DNA from: Vicugna vicugna | Lineage: Eukaryota | Direction: 5' to 3' | DNA length: 64,000 nt | NCBI GenBank assembly: GCA_013265495.1 | Contig: MU057651.1 | Location: forward strand, 1,189,674-1,253,673 | In this document: piece by piece, positions 14,120 to 27,988 of the stretch | Layout: the number at the start of each line of letters is the position of its first letter | How positions within the stretch are numbered: the stretch's first letter is position 1 | Translations under genes and position numbers: made by a program | The notes under the pieces: model-generated | The model's input: the letters and a program-made list of their open reading frames with translations, nothing else | What the model was told of the DNA's origin: nothing | The model's database searches: none

Positions 14120-14715
14120 GGTAGCAGTCAAGGGTTCAGTAGGAAACAGAGAAAGTGAGAGGAGTTTAATGAAGGAATTGTTAATAACCATGTGAACAGG
14201 GTTAAGGGAAACCAACAAAGGATTGTGAAGCACCGAGGGAGCCTTTACCACCTTTATGCCTGAAGTGCCGAGAGGAGGGAACAGTTATCAGAACCCAGAA
14301 AGAGTAGCTGTAGCTATAAAATATGGCCACCAAAAAAGTCTGTGGCCTATGGTAGATTATTCTAGAAGGACTCAACCAAACTGCTGACACTTCACAGAGA
14401 GGGATCCAAGAGAATAAATATCCAGACATTAATTTGCATCTGATCTCCAATCCTTTGTTAGTGCCTCCCATTGACCATATCCAACAAGAATTCAGAGAAC
14501 AAGGAAGCTAGTTAATACAGTCCATGAAGTTCAGCCTCTGGAGGTAGACAGAAAGGGTGGAGAAGGGTGAAAAGTGGATCTTCAGGGGGCATCTGGAAAC
14601 TCTCTGTATGTTCCTCTTAATTTTTCTGTGAACCTAAAACTGCTCCAAAAAATAAAGTCTATTTTTTTAAAAAGTAGATCTGGAGGGACAAATAGAAAAT
14701 ATTCTACATAGGCAT
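14120..14715 (-). mobile_element. Old ERVL/MaLR-type solo LTR interrupted by a short L1 3' end (14582-14669)
   Basis: LTR-like sequence; L1 insert flanked by TSD AAAAGT[G/A]GATCT at 14570-14581 and 14670-14681. Confidence 0.6.
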
Positions 14716-16040
14716 TTAGTGCAGAGAGATCCATATGGGTAAAGGAATAAGAGCAAGAAATCACGAGGGGTATTTGAGAAGCAGACCATCGCTTAGTGTG
14801 ACTAAATTGTTGGTTTTATGGGGAGGACAAAGGTGAGGTGGTAGAGTGGGGAAGATGTGAAAGGCATGGTGACCAACTGTATGAGTTCCAAATTCTTAGA
14901 TTTGCAAACTGTCAGCCCATGGGACAAAATTGGCCTGTAAATGTCTTTTGTCTTGAGTTTGAATGTGAATATCTTTAGACAACTACGTGGATTACGCCAC
15001 AGGTCCCACCACTTGCCATTGTCTCACAACTGGTCTACCTCACCTTTTTTTATTATCTACTTGCCCCTGAAGATATTTGAAGGGGAAATCCATATTATAG
15101 CTTGTCCAGGGGAGAACAAAGCATCAAAGCATATGGGGTTTGGAAACCATGTCAAATTAAGAGTTAAGGGAACTAAGTCATTAAGCCTTGCAAAAGACAT
15201 GACTTAGAAGGACATGATGGCTTCCTTCAAGCCAACCAAAAGCTAATATAGAGAAGAGAGAATAGATTTGCTTTGTGTTATCCCTTCATTCATTTGACAA
15301 TTATTTGTTGTATGGCCTCTACCAGGTTCCAAATAGCTGAATTAGGCCCAAGTGGTATAAGTTTCAGAAAGGCAGATTTAGATTCAGGATAGTGATTCTT
15401 AACAGTTTTGGGTCTCAGATCCCTTTGAATCTGATCAAAGGTATGGGTCTTCTTTGCTGAAAGATGTACCTACACACATGTATGCAAATAGCCACATGGA
15501 ATTTCAAGAGACTCATAGACCCAGTGAGATGCATATATGGACTCCAGGCTAAGAATCTCTGGAGAATATGATAGTCATACAATGGATAACTCTGCAGCCA
15601 TTGCAAAGGATGACATAGACATCAAGTGTACAAAATAGTGTGCATAGTTTTTAAAAAACGATTATACAGATACAGATATATAAGTATAATGTATAGTCTA
15701 CCTCTAGAAAAATATATGATAAACTGGTAACAGTGATTGCCTCCAGTGGGGGAACTTGGCAAAGGGGGGAACAGAGGGAAATTAGCTTTTACTTTGAGAG
15801 AGATGAGATGCCTTGGGCTAGTGTTAGCAGAGGAGTGACATGATCTGACTTATGTTTCTAAAGGATTTGTGCAATAATTCTGGTTTAAAAAATTGAGGGT
15901 AGCTTAGAATCGGGTGGTAGCAGTGGGATGTGGTAAAATATATTTTCCACCACTTGGCCTTTGAACATTTGGCATTTTGTATCATGTATATATAACACCT
16001 ATTCAAAAAACATTATATATCAAAAAGAATCCTTGGCAAA

Positions 16041-16750
16041 CCCTCCTACACTGTTGGTGGGAATGTAGTTTGGTGCAGCCATTATAGAAAACAGTATGGA
16101 GTTTCCTTAAAAAACTAAAAATAGACTTACCCTATCCAGCAATTCCACTCCTGGGCATATATCCAGAGGGAACTCTAATTCAAAAAGGTGCATGCACCCC
16201 ACTGTTCAAAGCAGCACTATTTACAATAGCCAAGACATGGAAACAACCTAAATGTCCATCTTCAGATGACTGGATAAAGAAGCTGTGATATATTTATACA
16301 ATGGAACACTACTCGGCCATAAAAAAAGATAAAATAATGTCATTTGCTGCAACATGGGTGGACCTGGAGATCAACATACTAAGTGAAATAAGCCAGAAAG
16401 AGAAAATATATCATATGATATCACTCATATGTGGAATCTAAAAAAAAATGACACAAATGAAATTTTTACAAAACAGAAACAGACTCACAGACAGAAAAAA
16501 ACTTATGGTTACCAGGGGAGAAAGGAGGGTGGAGGGAAAAATTGAAAGTTGAGGATTTGCAGATACTAACTACTATATATGAAATAGATAAACAACAAAG
16601 CTATACTGTATAGTGCAGGGAACTATATTCAATATCTTGTAATGGGCTATAATGAAAAAGAATATGAAAAGAAATATATATATGTAACTGAATCACTATG
16701 TTGTACACCAGAAATTAACACAAAATTGTAAACTGATTATACTTCAATTT
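16041..16750 (+). mobile_element. 5'-truncated L1 (cetartiodactyl/camelid type)
   Basis: ORF2 C-terminus and 3'UTR; 19-bp TSD AAAAAGAA[T/C]CCTTGGCAAA at 16022-16040 and 16751-16769. Confidence 0.9.
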
Positions 16751-16984
16751 AAAAAGAACCCTTGGCAAAGATCTTTCTAGGAATTAAATACTTCAAATCA
16801 TGGAGTATTCTGCTTCAGACTGTATGGAACTTCCTGGAAGGACTCATGTCAGTACTAACTCCACCACGAGGAATGTGGTATTGAAGAGCCCTGTACTTGG
16901 AGGGGAGATGCTATAGATGATGAGGGTGATCTGTCCCCACCTGAAGATGCCAGGAATCTAAGAACCCCTTTTGCACTTATAATC

Positions 16985-18750
16985 ATTCTTTATTTATTTG
17001 ACAGATAGTTATCAAGCACCTATTATGTGCCAGGCCCTGGGGTAGGTACTAGGGATATAGCGGTGACAAAATAAAATCCCTATATTCCTGAAGTTTACGT
17101 TCTAGTGGTGGAGACAGACAATGAACAGCAAGTAAATATTAATATGTTAGGAAACAATAAGTGCTGTGGAGAAAAATAAGTAAAATGGTATGGAAGCATG
17201 CAGAGAGAGGCAATTTTTAAATAAGATGGTCAAGGAAATGTCACTGGTAGGTGTCATTTGCACAGAGGTCTGAGGGAAGCAAGTAAGTCTCTACGGGGAA
17301 AGAACATTCCAGCTAGAGGGAACAGCAGAGGCCCTCTGGGAGTTATCTTGGCATGTCTGAGAAACAGCAGGGAGGCCATATGGCTGGAGCTGAGTAATCA
17401 AGGGGGAGAGTGGTAGGAGTTGAGGTCAAAGAGGTAATGGGGAAGTAGCCAGCTCCTGTAGAACCTTCTAGGTCATTCCAAAGACTTTGGCTTTTACCAG
17501 GAACTATAGAAAAAGCCAGGAGCAGGTTTTGAGCAGAAGCATGACATGATCTGATTTACACATTTAGTGGATTTTGTGATGATCCAAGTAAGAAGTGATG
17601 CTGGCTTGGAAGAGGGTAGTAGCAGTGGGAATGAAAACAAGTGACCAGGTTCTAAATGTAGTTTGAAAGATTCAGCCCACAGTATTGCTGATAGATTGGG
17701 TGTGGGCTGTGAATGAAAAGGGGGAGTCAAGGAAGACTCCCCATTTGGCTTGAACATCTAGAAGAATGGATAAAGAAGAGTGTGGGAGAAGCAGGTATAA
17801 GGAAAACAGTCATTTTGGTTTGGGGGAATTTCGAGTTGAGATGCCAGTGAGGCAGCCTAATGGTCAGAAAGATGAGGAAAACCCCTGGAGAAGACTAAGA
17901 ACCAATAGCTAGTGAAGTAGTAGGAGAATCAAGAATGTGTGGCGTCTCAGACGCCAAGTGAAAAAAATCATTTCAAGAAGGGAGTAATCCACTGCGTCAG
18001 ATGCCACCGTTGGGTCAAATAACACGAGAACAGAAAGATGATCATTGGATTTAACACTGAGAAGATACTGTTGACCTTGACATGAATCATTTTGGTGGAG
18101 TGATGGGGGCAAAAGCCTGATTGGAGAGGGTTCAAGAGAGACTAGAAGGAGAAAATTTTTTGCTGTGAGGAGAGAGCGAGAGAAATGGGGCTGCTGCTGA
18201 GGCAAAGAAAAGTTTTTTTAAACATTGAAAATGCTGGTTGGGTGAGAGAAAAACTGCTGATGTCGTCGAGGGAGGGAAAAATGACTACAGCAATGACCTT
18301 GGGAAGGCCGCAAGGGTCAAGATGCAGTACACAAGCGGAGGGATCAGCCGTCAGTGAAATTACAGACAGTTTGTTCACGGTGACCAAAGGGAAGGCAGAG
18401 TAGGTGGATACAATACAAGTAGGTTTGTAGATACCATGGTGAGAGTCAGAAGTTGTTCCCTCAGGGAACTAGAAAGCACGGTCATCACCTGAGGGGTAGA
18501 GTGGGGCAAAGGGGTGTTAAAAGTTGGAAGTCAGCATGGTTTTAAGTTTTTTCCAATCTTCTTCAGCTGCTGAGGCAGATTTGGAAGAGACAAAGAGTTG
18601 ATTTCACCAGAATTCGGTGTCTGTCACTCAACTGTGATGAGGGCAGAGCGAGGCAGAAGAGGTTAGCATGTACGAAAAAGAGTGTACCGCGAGGGCCACA
18701 GAATCGAAGCTGTACACAGGAGAGCAAATGAGGACACTAGGGGGCTGAGG
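16985..18750 (-). mobile_element. L2 LINE fragments
   Basis: Antisense L2 3' end (AGCACCTATTATGTGCCAGGC) and purine-rich L2 body motifs (GACATGATCTGATTTA, TTGACCTTGAC). Confidence 0.75.
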
Positions 18751-18872
18751 AACAGCTCAGCATACACTTGTTCTCTTGTTACTTTTGTCATGTAAGGGCT
18801 AAAAAGTGTCCATTCCTGTTAGCAGGTAGGAGGGCCCCAGGGGCCGGGGAGCAGTGTTCTCATCATTGTGTT

Positions 18873-19140
18873 CCACTAGCCCCTCAGCATCACCCCTGTG
18901 AGTGAAGACACAAAACTTAGAAAACTTCGTGTCCCCCCATTCCCTCCTTGGAGATTCGCATTGCCTGTTAACATATTAAGGCTCTGAATATTCTTGGAGT
19001 TCGGAGACCACATTTGACTAATCCAGTGGTTCACAACTTTGCCTGTTCATGGGGCTCTTTCTTATGTAATACGCTTAATGTCCATCCCTAGGGACTGATA
19101 CTCCATGGAACACACTTTAAGAAACACTCGTTTAGGAAGC
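18873..19140 (+). repeat. Copy 1 of ~270-bp local direct repeat (hAT/Charlie4-like derived)
   Basis: Aligns by eye to 20314-20582 with long identical blocks. Confidence 0.9.
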
Positions 19141-20313
19141 GTGGTACTGCTGGAGAGCTGAGTTTTCACCCCAAACCTCACTCATTGCAGCCTTTCTTCA
19201 AGGCAAGTGTGTGTGGCAGGAACCCCTACCCTCTCCCAAACCATCTCGCTAAGCTGCAGCTGAGCTTGCCATTGGAGACCTGGGTTCTGGCCAGTTATTT
19301 TTTGCCCTACAGCCAAATAAACCTGATATTGTCAATACAGCTGATTCCCTCGTTTTCATTCAGCTGCAGCTCTCCGATGTTATATCTTCAATCATTTAAG
19401 AGATATTATTGTGACAATGCCCTGAAAGTAGCACAAACGTTTATTAACTGCTTCCCTGCATCAGGCACTATGCTTGGCATTTCACATATATTTTCTCACC
19501 CACTCTTCACAATAACATGGTGAGATGATATCTGTTATTAAAAAACATTCAGGAAAACCACCAGCCACCAGTCTTTATCAGAAAAGTGTTGCCAGGAAGA
19601 AGGGAAATAGATTGAGTCAGTAATGAGCAATGTGTTCGTTACAAACAGATTTGAAGCCCTAGGAACTTCATAGAATCAGAATGTTGGAGCCAAGAGGGAT
19701 CTTAGAGATCAATTCAAGATATTAGGGAGAGGTTATTGCATCCTCCTCAAACGTTATTATGTAAATTCTCCCAGGAGACAAGGATTAAGAAATCTGGCCA
19801 TAACTGCTTTGGTTTAAATCAAGCCATATAAAATGATACTGTCACACAAACTAAAGCCTACAGATCACGCTGCAAGAATGCAACATTGTAATTGGCTATT
19901 GGTTGGAATTGCAAATGAACATTTAGAGTTTAATCTGTGTTTCAGTGTTGTGAAAGCCTGATTTCACCAAAATGCTGTGGTCCTGAAACCTGAGTGTTTA
20001 TCAGAATTATTCCAGGTACCTGTTTTAAAATGCAGGTTCCTGGACCCCATCTTCTGAAATCCTAATTCAGTAAGCCTAGTATTGGGGCCAGGAAATCGGC
20101 ATTTTTAGCAAGCTCCCTGGGTGGTACTCAGTAGTCCACCACTATAGGTGGTCCACAGACTGACCACAGTCTGAGAAACACATCCCAAAGGATATTCTCT
20201 GCCTAATCAAGGTGTGAGCAGACCAGTGTCAACTAGTTAGCTGGGGCAGTTGCTCTGCACAGATTGAGAGACTGTTTCTGTGTCTCTGCTGTCATTAATT
20301 ATGTTCCTCAGAA

Positions 20314-20582
20314 CCACTAGGCCCTCAGCATCACCCCTGTGAGTGAAGTCATAAAACTTAGAAAACCCCATGTCCCTCCATCCCTCCCTTGGAGATTCGC
20401 ATTGCCTGTTAACATATTAAGGCTCTGAATATTCTTGGAGTTGGGAAACCACATTTGACTAATTCAGTGTTTCACAACGTTGCCTGTTCATGGGGCTCTT
20501 TCTTATGTAATACACTCAACATCCATCCCTAGGGACTGATAATCCATGGAACACACTTTGAGAAATAACTCATTTAAGAAGC
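20314..20582 (+). repeat. Copy 2 of ~270-bp local direct repeat
   Basis: Aligns to 18873-19140, offset ~1.44 kb. Confidence 0.9.
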
Positions 20583-21255
20583 ATGTTGGGGATTGGAAGC
20601 TAAGTTTCTACTCTTTCTGGACCCTCATTTTTTTCCAGAATCTCATCTTACTGTGATAATGAACTCTTAGAGACATCTCCTTCCCTGTGACTTGATGATG
20701 GGATCTGAGGCTAAGGAGCAAATGTAGTAGGCACTATGAGGAACTTTTCTGGGACATAACATTGAGGTAGAATCAAAATTCCTCCTGCAAGCTCTTAAGT
20801 GATCAGAAATTCTTCTGTATACCCAGAGGTTTGTGGTATTTCCCCATATTGTGGTCACTTACATAGTAAAGAAATAGGCTCTGGGATGCCTAGACCCTGA
20901 AGGGATCTTGGTTCTCAGCCAAGATATGGTCCTCAGTGTCACAGGTTCTAAAACTCAACTTTGTCCTTTTTAATCAGGGAGTGATTAGGTTCCAGGGGAC
21001 AAATTTCACACAATCTAAACTCCTGAGGCAATGTTTTGGAAGCCAAAATGTTTTCAATTTATTAATTCATCTTGATAATTAACTGCAAAGCAAACTTATG
21101 TCAATCAATGCATCCTCTTCCCAGTAGGATAGCTAGTTAGGAAACCAAAGAAAGGCAAAGCAAAAGGCTCTTTGGTGCAGGCAGTCTGCTTTAGTGAAAA
21201 GAGCCAGGATTCTGCAGTCATCCAGATCTAGGTGAGAATCCTGGCTAGGCTACCT

Positions 21256-21673
21256 GCAGTGGATTGAATGGTGTTCGTTCTATGAAGAGGTATGTCCAAC
21301 TAGACCCTCAGAATATGTGACCTTAGTGAGGAAGAAAGTCTGTAGATATAATTAAGGTAAGGATCTCTAGATGAGATTATCCTGGGTTAGGGTGGTCTCT
21401 AAATCCAATGATGAGTGTCTTTAGAAGAGGAAGAGAAGACTGAGACATGGGGAAAAGGTGTATAAAGACAGAAGCAGAGTTTGGAGGGATACAGCCACCA
21501 GAAGCTAAGAAGAGGCAAGGAGTGGAATTGCCCCTAGATACTTCGGACGGAGCATGGCCCTGCCAACACCTTGATTTCAGATTTTTGGACTTCAGAACTG
21601 TGAGAATCAATTTCTATGGTTTCAAGCCGCTGAGTTTGTGGTAATCTGCATGGCAGCCACGGGAAACTAACAC
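21256..21673 (+). mobile_element. MaLR solo LTR (MLT1-type) inserted in a MIR
   Basis: TG...CA ends; motifs GATGAGATTATCCTGG, GCATGGCCCTGCCAACACCTTGATTTCAG, GTTTGTGGTAAT, GGAAACTAA. Confidence 0.85.
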
Positions 21674-23620
21674 CACTCATTTAGTTTTATGGGCTTGGGT
21701 CAGTCACTTAACCTCTCTGGGCCTCAGTTCCCTCATCTGAAAATAAGGACCCTAAGAGATCATACAGTTAGCGTGAGGATTAAATAAGTTCATTTATGTA
21801 AAGTGCTCAGTTCAGAGTAAGTGTTATTATGTGTTGGCTGTTCTTACTGGTGACCGAAGAGGTTAGTAGAGGGTGTGCGATGTTCTGAAAAGATGGAGTC
21901 ACATAGTTTATGCAGCCTGATGTGACCAGCCATCCCCCATCAGAAAGACAATAAATATATCAGCAGATCAGGGCACAGAGTGAGAGAAACAACTTCTTTC
22001 TAATTATTTTTTGTTTGTTTGTGTCTGTAATGGTTAAATAGCTTGCTTGCCCATATCATGTCCTAAATCCCTTCTTAGTTTTGATAGATTTTTCCCAGCC
22101 ATAGTATTTACAAGGCTACAGTAGGGTTTTTCCGCTGTTTACATTTTAGAGCTTTGGCTCTTAATGACGCATATGGAGGTCTTTTATCTTATCAGTACAT
22201 GCCTTTTTTTGTGAGCCACCCATCCCATTTCTGCAGTGGGCAACCTTCCTGTCAGCTTAACTCCTTGGGAGTTTTGCTATCCTGTTGGTTGTCCTGAACT
22301 CTAGAGTTGGGGGCCCTCTTCCCTTTCTGTCTGTAGCCTTCTGTCTCTGTTTCTCAGAACCCTGTGAATTCACAGAGCTGTATCGACTTTCTCACCAACC
22401 TGTTTGTAAACAGAAAATTCTTTAGTTTCTGCATCTGATCCCTCCCATATGGCGCCAACCAGTGTTACCTCAGGGAGGTCAGGGAGATTGTACCCTATTC
22501 ATCTTTGTAAATACTGTCTCATATACTGCATGGCATATGGTAAATATTTGTTAATGTGGGGGAAACCAATCAATTAATCTTGGCCCTGGAATCAGGCAGA
22601 CCTGGGTTCAAAGCCTAGCCTCCCTTTGTGCCAGCTGTAGGGCCTTTAGCAAATAACTTCAGCTTTGGGGACCTCAGTTCCCTTATCTGTAAAATGATGA
22701 TAATAATGGTATCTAGTTCCTAGATATTTTATAAGAATTAAATGAGTTAATATAAATAAAGCACTCAGGACAGTACCATATACATAGTGAATGCTCAGTA
22801 AATGTTTACAATGCCTGAAGGACTAGATGAAATAATGAATGACTGAATGTACATTTTCAACAGGAGGGCATATAACTCCAGGAAGTCTTTAGTGCCTGCA
22901 AGAGATCCAGGAAAGAATGGGAGAAGAGTCAGTAAGAACTGGTGAATATTTCATTTACCATATCTCTTACCAACGTGATTCCGACTGTTGGGAGTACTTG
23001 AAAGCTGAAGTTTATCAGAACAAACCATTCACATCAAATGCATGAAAGGAAAATAACGTTTCATATCATGACAGTAACAGTTGCTCAACTTCAGAGAATA
23101 CTCCAAAATGTGATGAAGTGTTGAAAAGTGCACAGTTGTCAATAGAAGCTATTGCTAGCAGTTGTCTGAAATTAATTAAAAATACTGATTTCAGTGTCCT
23201 GGTTTTAGTGCAGAGTATTTGAGTTATTACTTTTATTAGAGAATGTCTGAGTCAGGAGGATCATGTAGACAAATGACATTCGAGGAAGTCAATGAAATTC
23301 ACACATCAGGAGAGTTACACAGGCAATGAAAGTGACTTCTGCTTCATATGACACTCTTTAAGTAGTAGGAGAGGGATGACAGGAAAGGGAGGAAGGAGAA
23401 TTGATGTATTAGAAACCTCCCAGAATCAGCTCTTGCTCACGATTCTACACCATCAATGGCTCTATTATAGTTATCCCAATCCCTCAGTTCTCCAGTCTCC
23501 TACTGATTCATTCATTCAGCAAAAATATATTGGGAGTCTACTACATGCCAGGCACTGTCCTGGGTGTTAGGGATATATAGTAAACAAGAAATCCTTGCCC
23601 TTCTGGAACTTACCTTCTAG

Positions 23621-23832
23621 TAGGGGTCTGCACAACATGACTCATGGACAAAATCTGGCCTATCACCTATTTTGGTAAATAGTGTTACTGGGACACAATG
23701 CTCGTTCTTTTACATATCATCTATGACTACTTTTACAAGCAGAGTTGGGTAGTTGTGTCAGAAACTACCTGGCCTTCAAAGCCTAAGATACTTACTATCC
23801 AGCCCTTTGGAGAAAAAGTTGGCTGGCCCTTA
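23621..23832 (+). mobile_element. hAT MITE (MER58A-like)
   Basis: AGGGGTC...AAATCTGGCC...AAAGCCTAA...CCCTTT...GAAAAAGTT layout. Confidence 0.7.
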
Positions 23833-24540
23833 TTCTAGCAGAAGGAGATGGATAATTTTTAAAAATAGATAATGTCAAGTAATATTCAAAGTACAAGGAT
23901 AAATAAAACCAGAAAGGCAGCTAGGGAATGGGGAGGGGGAACTCACAACTTTAAATAAACATGGCAGTCAAAGAAGATGTCACCAAGTAGGGGACATTTG
24001 ATCCAACACCTGAAGGAGGCGAGTGAGTGAGTTATATTGATCCTTTCAGTTGTATACAGCACTGTGGGTCATTGTAAGGAATTTTACTGTTACCACATGT
24101 AAGATGGGAAGTCATTAGAGTTTGGGGCAGAGGAGTGACATGATCTGACTTTCATGCTAATAAGATTAGTGTAGCCTTCAAGTCAATAATAGATTTGGGT
24201 GAGGGTGGAAGGCCAGGAGCAAGGAGAACAGTTGGGAGGCTAGAGCAATGTAATCCAGTAGACAGATCATTGTGACTTAAACCAGGTGATGAAAAGTAGT
24301 CAGATTCTATGTATATTTTGGAGGTAGAACCAATAAGATTTGCTGATAGAATAAATGTAGGCTGTGAAAGAAAGAAAAGAATCAAGAATGCCTCCAAGGT
24401 CTTCTGCCTACGACTGGAAGAATTAAGTTATCATTTAGTGAGATGAGGGAGACTATGAGGAGCAGGTTTGATGAGTGAAACAGGTTTTAGGGAGGGTGGG
24501 GTAGAGGCAGGGAGAAATAAGAGTTCAGTTGTGATAGCTG

Positions 24541-25183
24541 AAGGGAACTCTAATTCAAAAAGATACATGCACCCTAATGTTCACAGCAGCACTATTTACA
24601 ATAGTCAAGACATGGAAACAACTTAAATGTCCATCGACAGATGACTGGATAAAGAAGTTGCGGTATATTTATACAGTGGAATACTCCTCAGCCATAAAAA
24701 AAGAATAAGATAATGCCATTTGGAGCAACATGTATGGACCTGAAGATCGTCATTCTAAGTGAAGTAAGCCAGAAAGAGAAAGAAAAATATCATATGATAT
24801 CACTCATATGTGGAATCTAAAAAAAGCAAAAAGACACTAATGAACTTATTTACAAAACAGAAACAGACCCACAGATGTAGAAAACAAGCTTATGGTTACC
24901 AGGGGAATGAAGGGGTGGGAAGGAATAAATTGGGAGTTCAAGATTTGCAGATACTAACTACTATATATAAAATAAGTAAGTTCGTACTGTATAGCACAGG
25001 GAACTATATTCAATATCTTATAGAAACCTATAACAAAAATGAAAATGAAAAGGAATATATGTATGTATATGTATGACTGAAACATGCTATATGCCAAAAA
25101 TTGACACAACATTGTAAACTGACTATAATCCAACTAAAAAGAATAACTCTAAAATTAAAAAAATTTAAAAAATTAAAAATTTT
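24541..25183 (+). mobile_element. 5'-truncated L1 inserted in an L2 (L2 flanks ~23505-24530 and 25200-25380)
   Basis: ORF2 end and 3'UTR with A-rich tail; TSD TAA[G/A]AGTTCAGTTGT at 24518-24532 and 25184-25198. Confidence 0.88.
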
Positions 25184-27044
25184 TAAAAGTTCAGTTGTAG
25201 TTGTGTTAAGTTTAAGATGTCTATTAGGCATCCAAAGTGATATGTCAAGCAGACAGTTGGATATCAAAGTATGGACGGGTCCAGGCTGGAGATACACATT
25301 CAGGGGTCATCAACATGCAGATAGTATTTTAAGCTATGAGAATGGAAGCATCACTTAGAAATGAAAGAAGAGATCTAAGGCTTCATGCCTTTCTCTGCCT
25401 TTCAACTCTAGATTCAGTCCATGACAAAATCCTATCAATTCTTCCTTTGTGTCTCTCAATATTTTTCTTTCCACTCCCAGTGCTACCATCCTAACCCAGG
25501 ATCTCATTCTGTCTCACTTGGTCTTTTGCAATGAGCTCCTAACTGACTTCCTCACCTCTAAATGTCAACTTAAAACTCATCATCTCATCTGTTCCTCCCC
25601 TCCGAAAAATCTTTCTACTTCTCCTGGGCTCCCCATCTAAAGAATGACATCATCGTTCATAACTGTTTGTTCAAGTTTGAAACCTGGAAATTAACCTTAT
25701 CTCCTCCATTTCTTCTACTTTCCATATGCAATCCATTACCAAGCCCTGTCATTTTTACCTCTAAATATAATGCAATTCTGCCCATCTTTCTCTGTCTTTA
25801 TTACTACCATCGTCTCCCACGTGGACAATAATAATAGCCTTCTAACTAATTTCCTTTCCTCCAATCTATTCTCCATACTGATGTCAGTGGGATCTTTTAA
25901 AAACACTATATAGACTTTGCCTGCCTATTTGGTAGGCCCACAGAATAAAATTCAAGGACCTTTGATCATTTGGCCACAACTTTCTCTCCAACGGTATCTG
26001 CTGTGGTTCTTCTGGAAATTCCCTCCATTTCAGCCCTGTGGCCTTGGCAGTGGTCTTTATGCCCATCATGACCAGACCACAGTGTGTTCCAATAACTTAG
26101 TTGTTGGACCTTCCCAAGTGTCTGAGGCAATGAATCCTGCCCTCTGGCCTCAGCTGAGGCAAGGACTGTATAGTTGAAACTCCCAGGTAGCTTGTCTCTG
26201 GGCTGAAACTGCTTCCTCCATTCACTTTACAAATGCTGTGCTTTCCTCTGCATGACATGGTCAAGTTTGGGAAGCACTGCCTTAGTGCACACCATTCCCC
26301 CAGCCTGGGAAGTGCTGCTCCATCCCTTTCTCTAAGTTCTAAGTGCCCTTCGATGCCATGTTCAAGATGCACCTTCTTGATAAGGTTGTCTCTGATGCTG
26401 CATCCCCAGCCTCAAAATTCCTGTATGATCCGACTAGACCACTCATTTGGCACTTTGTATATGCACTTCTGTGTTATTCAACATTTTATGGCCATATTTT
26501 AGCTCAGTTGTGTTGTCAGCTCCTTAAGACCCAAGGATTTTTATACATACCTTCCTTCCCACCTAGTGACTTAGTGTACGTGAGGCACTTAATACATTGT
26601 TATAATATGAATAAGTGGAGGAACAGATTAATAAATGAATGGATTTATAACCCATATGATGGCACAATGGAAAAGAATATCAATTTAAGAGTCTGAGAAC
26701 CTGGATTCTAGTTCAGTTTGCCACTAGATGGTTGTTTGGGACGTTAGGCAAGTTGCTTGCCTAAGTTCCCTCATTCACAAAATGGGTACAATGCTGTCCA
26801 TCCTCACTTTCAAGTTGATATGGGATAATTCATGAAAAAATTATTTGGCAGGTGAAAAAAGCATGTTGTTCATGAATAACGCCAAGGGAGGCAGTGTGGA
26901 AAATAAAAAAGGACAATGCAGAAAGTCATGGGTGGATGAACAGCCAGAGGGGCAGGGGAAATTTGCTGGCAAAGTAGACCTGTCCAGGAGTGGCTGAAAA
27001 AGAATGGTAAATACAAGAGACAGAAAAATCAAGTATTTCTGTTG

Positions 27045-27310
27045 AGAGGCAATATAACATAGCCATTAGATCAAGACTACCTAGGTTCAAAGCATGGCTC
27101 TGACACTTACCAGCTGTGTGACTTTGGACAAGTTACTTAATTAAATGTAACTTGTAAATTGAACTTGAGTTTACTCATCTATCAGATGGGGATAACAATG
27201 GTACTAATTTCCAGGGAGTTGTTGTAAGGCTTAAATGAGTTAATGTTTGTAAAGTGCTTGGAGGAGTGGAGACCAGTGTCTGGCATATAGAACACTCTAG
27301 AAGAGTGTGT
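27045..27310 (+). mobile_element. MIR SINE (one of many MIR copies in the window)
   Basis: GGTTCAAA...CACTTACCAGCTGTGTGACTTTGGACAAGTTACTTAA core. Confidence 0.8.
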
Positions 27311-27911
27311 TAGTAGGCCTTGCTCCTACTTGCAAAGCAGAGCTCCAACCCCCATGGTTGGGACTCCCTCCCTGGACCTAAAGCAAGGCTCACAGAGGCT
27401 CTGAGTTGTTCTGTAGTGGATATGTCTGCTTTCCAGTTTCCAGAGCCCAGTCCTCTGAGCCTGGTCTATCTCACTGTTCATAGAACACTGACCACTTTTA
27501 CTAGGTTTCCAGCTTACAAAATTTCTTCGCAATTCTTCAGCCTTCTTTAAAGCCCAATAGGGCTTATTATGAGGAAAGAGTGGATTCCATGAGCTCTCAA
27601 AAGCAACGAGAGTCAGAATAGCTTAATCTTTAAGAACAATGGCTTTGCCATCAAGCAAAGGTGAGTTTGAATCTGGGCTGTGCAAATAACTACCTACTTT
27701 CAAAGCCTGGCTGGATTACCTTGAACAAATCAAAATCTCTGCGCCTCAGTTTGCTCATCTGTCAAAGAGGCGTCACGGGTGATCGTCAGGACCAAATGAG
27801 AAAATGGACACAAAGCATTGAGTACAGGGCCTGGCATGTGGTAAACAGGCAAAAAGTGCTGGTTCTTATCATGAATAACTTCTAGGATCATCAGTCTCCA
27901 TTTTAGAATGT

Positions 27912-27988
27912 GGGAGGAGGCCAAGATGGCGGAGTAGAAGGACGCTCGTAGCTCACCCTCTCCCACAAACACACCAAGACTCACATCA
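27912..27988 (+). mobile_element. Tailless L1 5'-end fragment with TSD
   Basis: GGGAGGAGGCCAAGATGGCGGAGTAG...CCCTCTCCCACAAACAC; 12-bp TSD ATTTTAGAATGT at 27900-27911 and 27989-28000. Confidence 0.8.
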
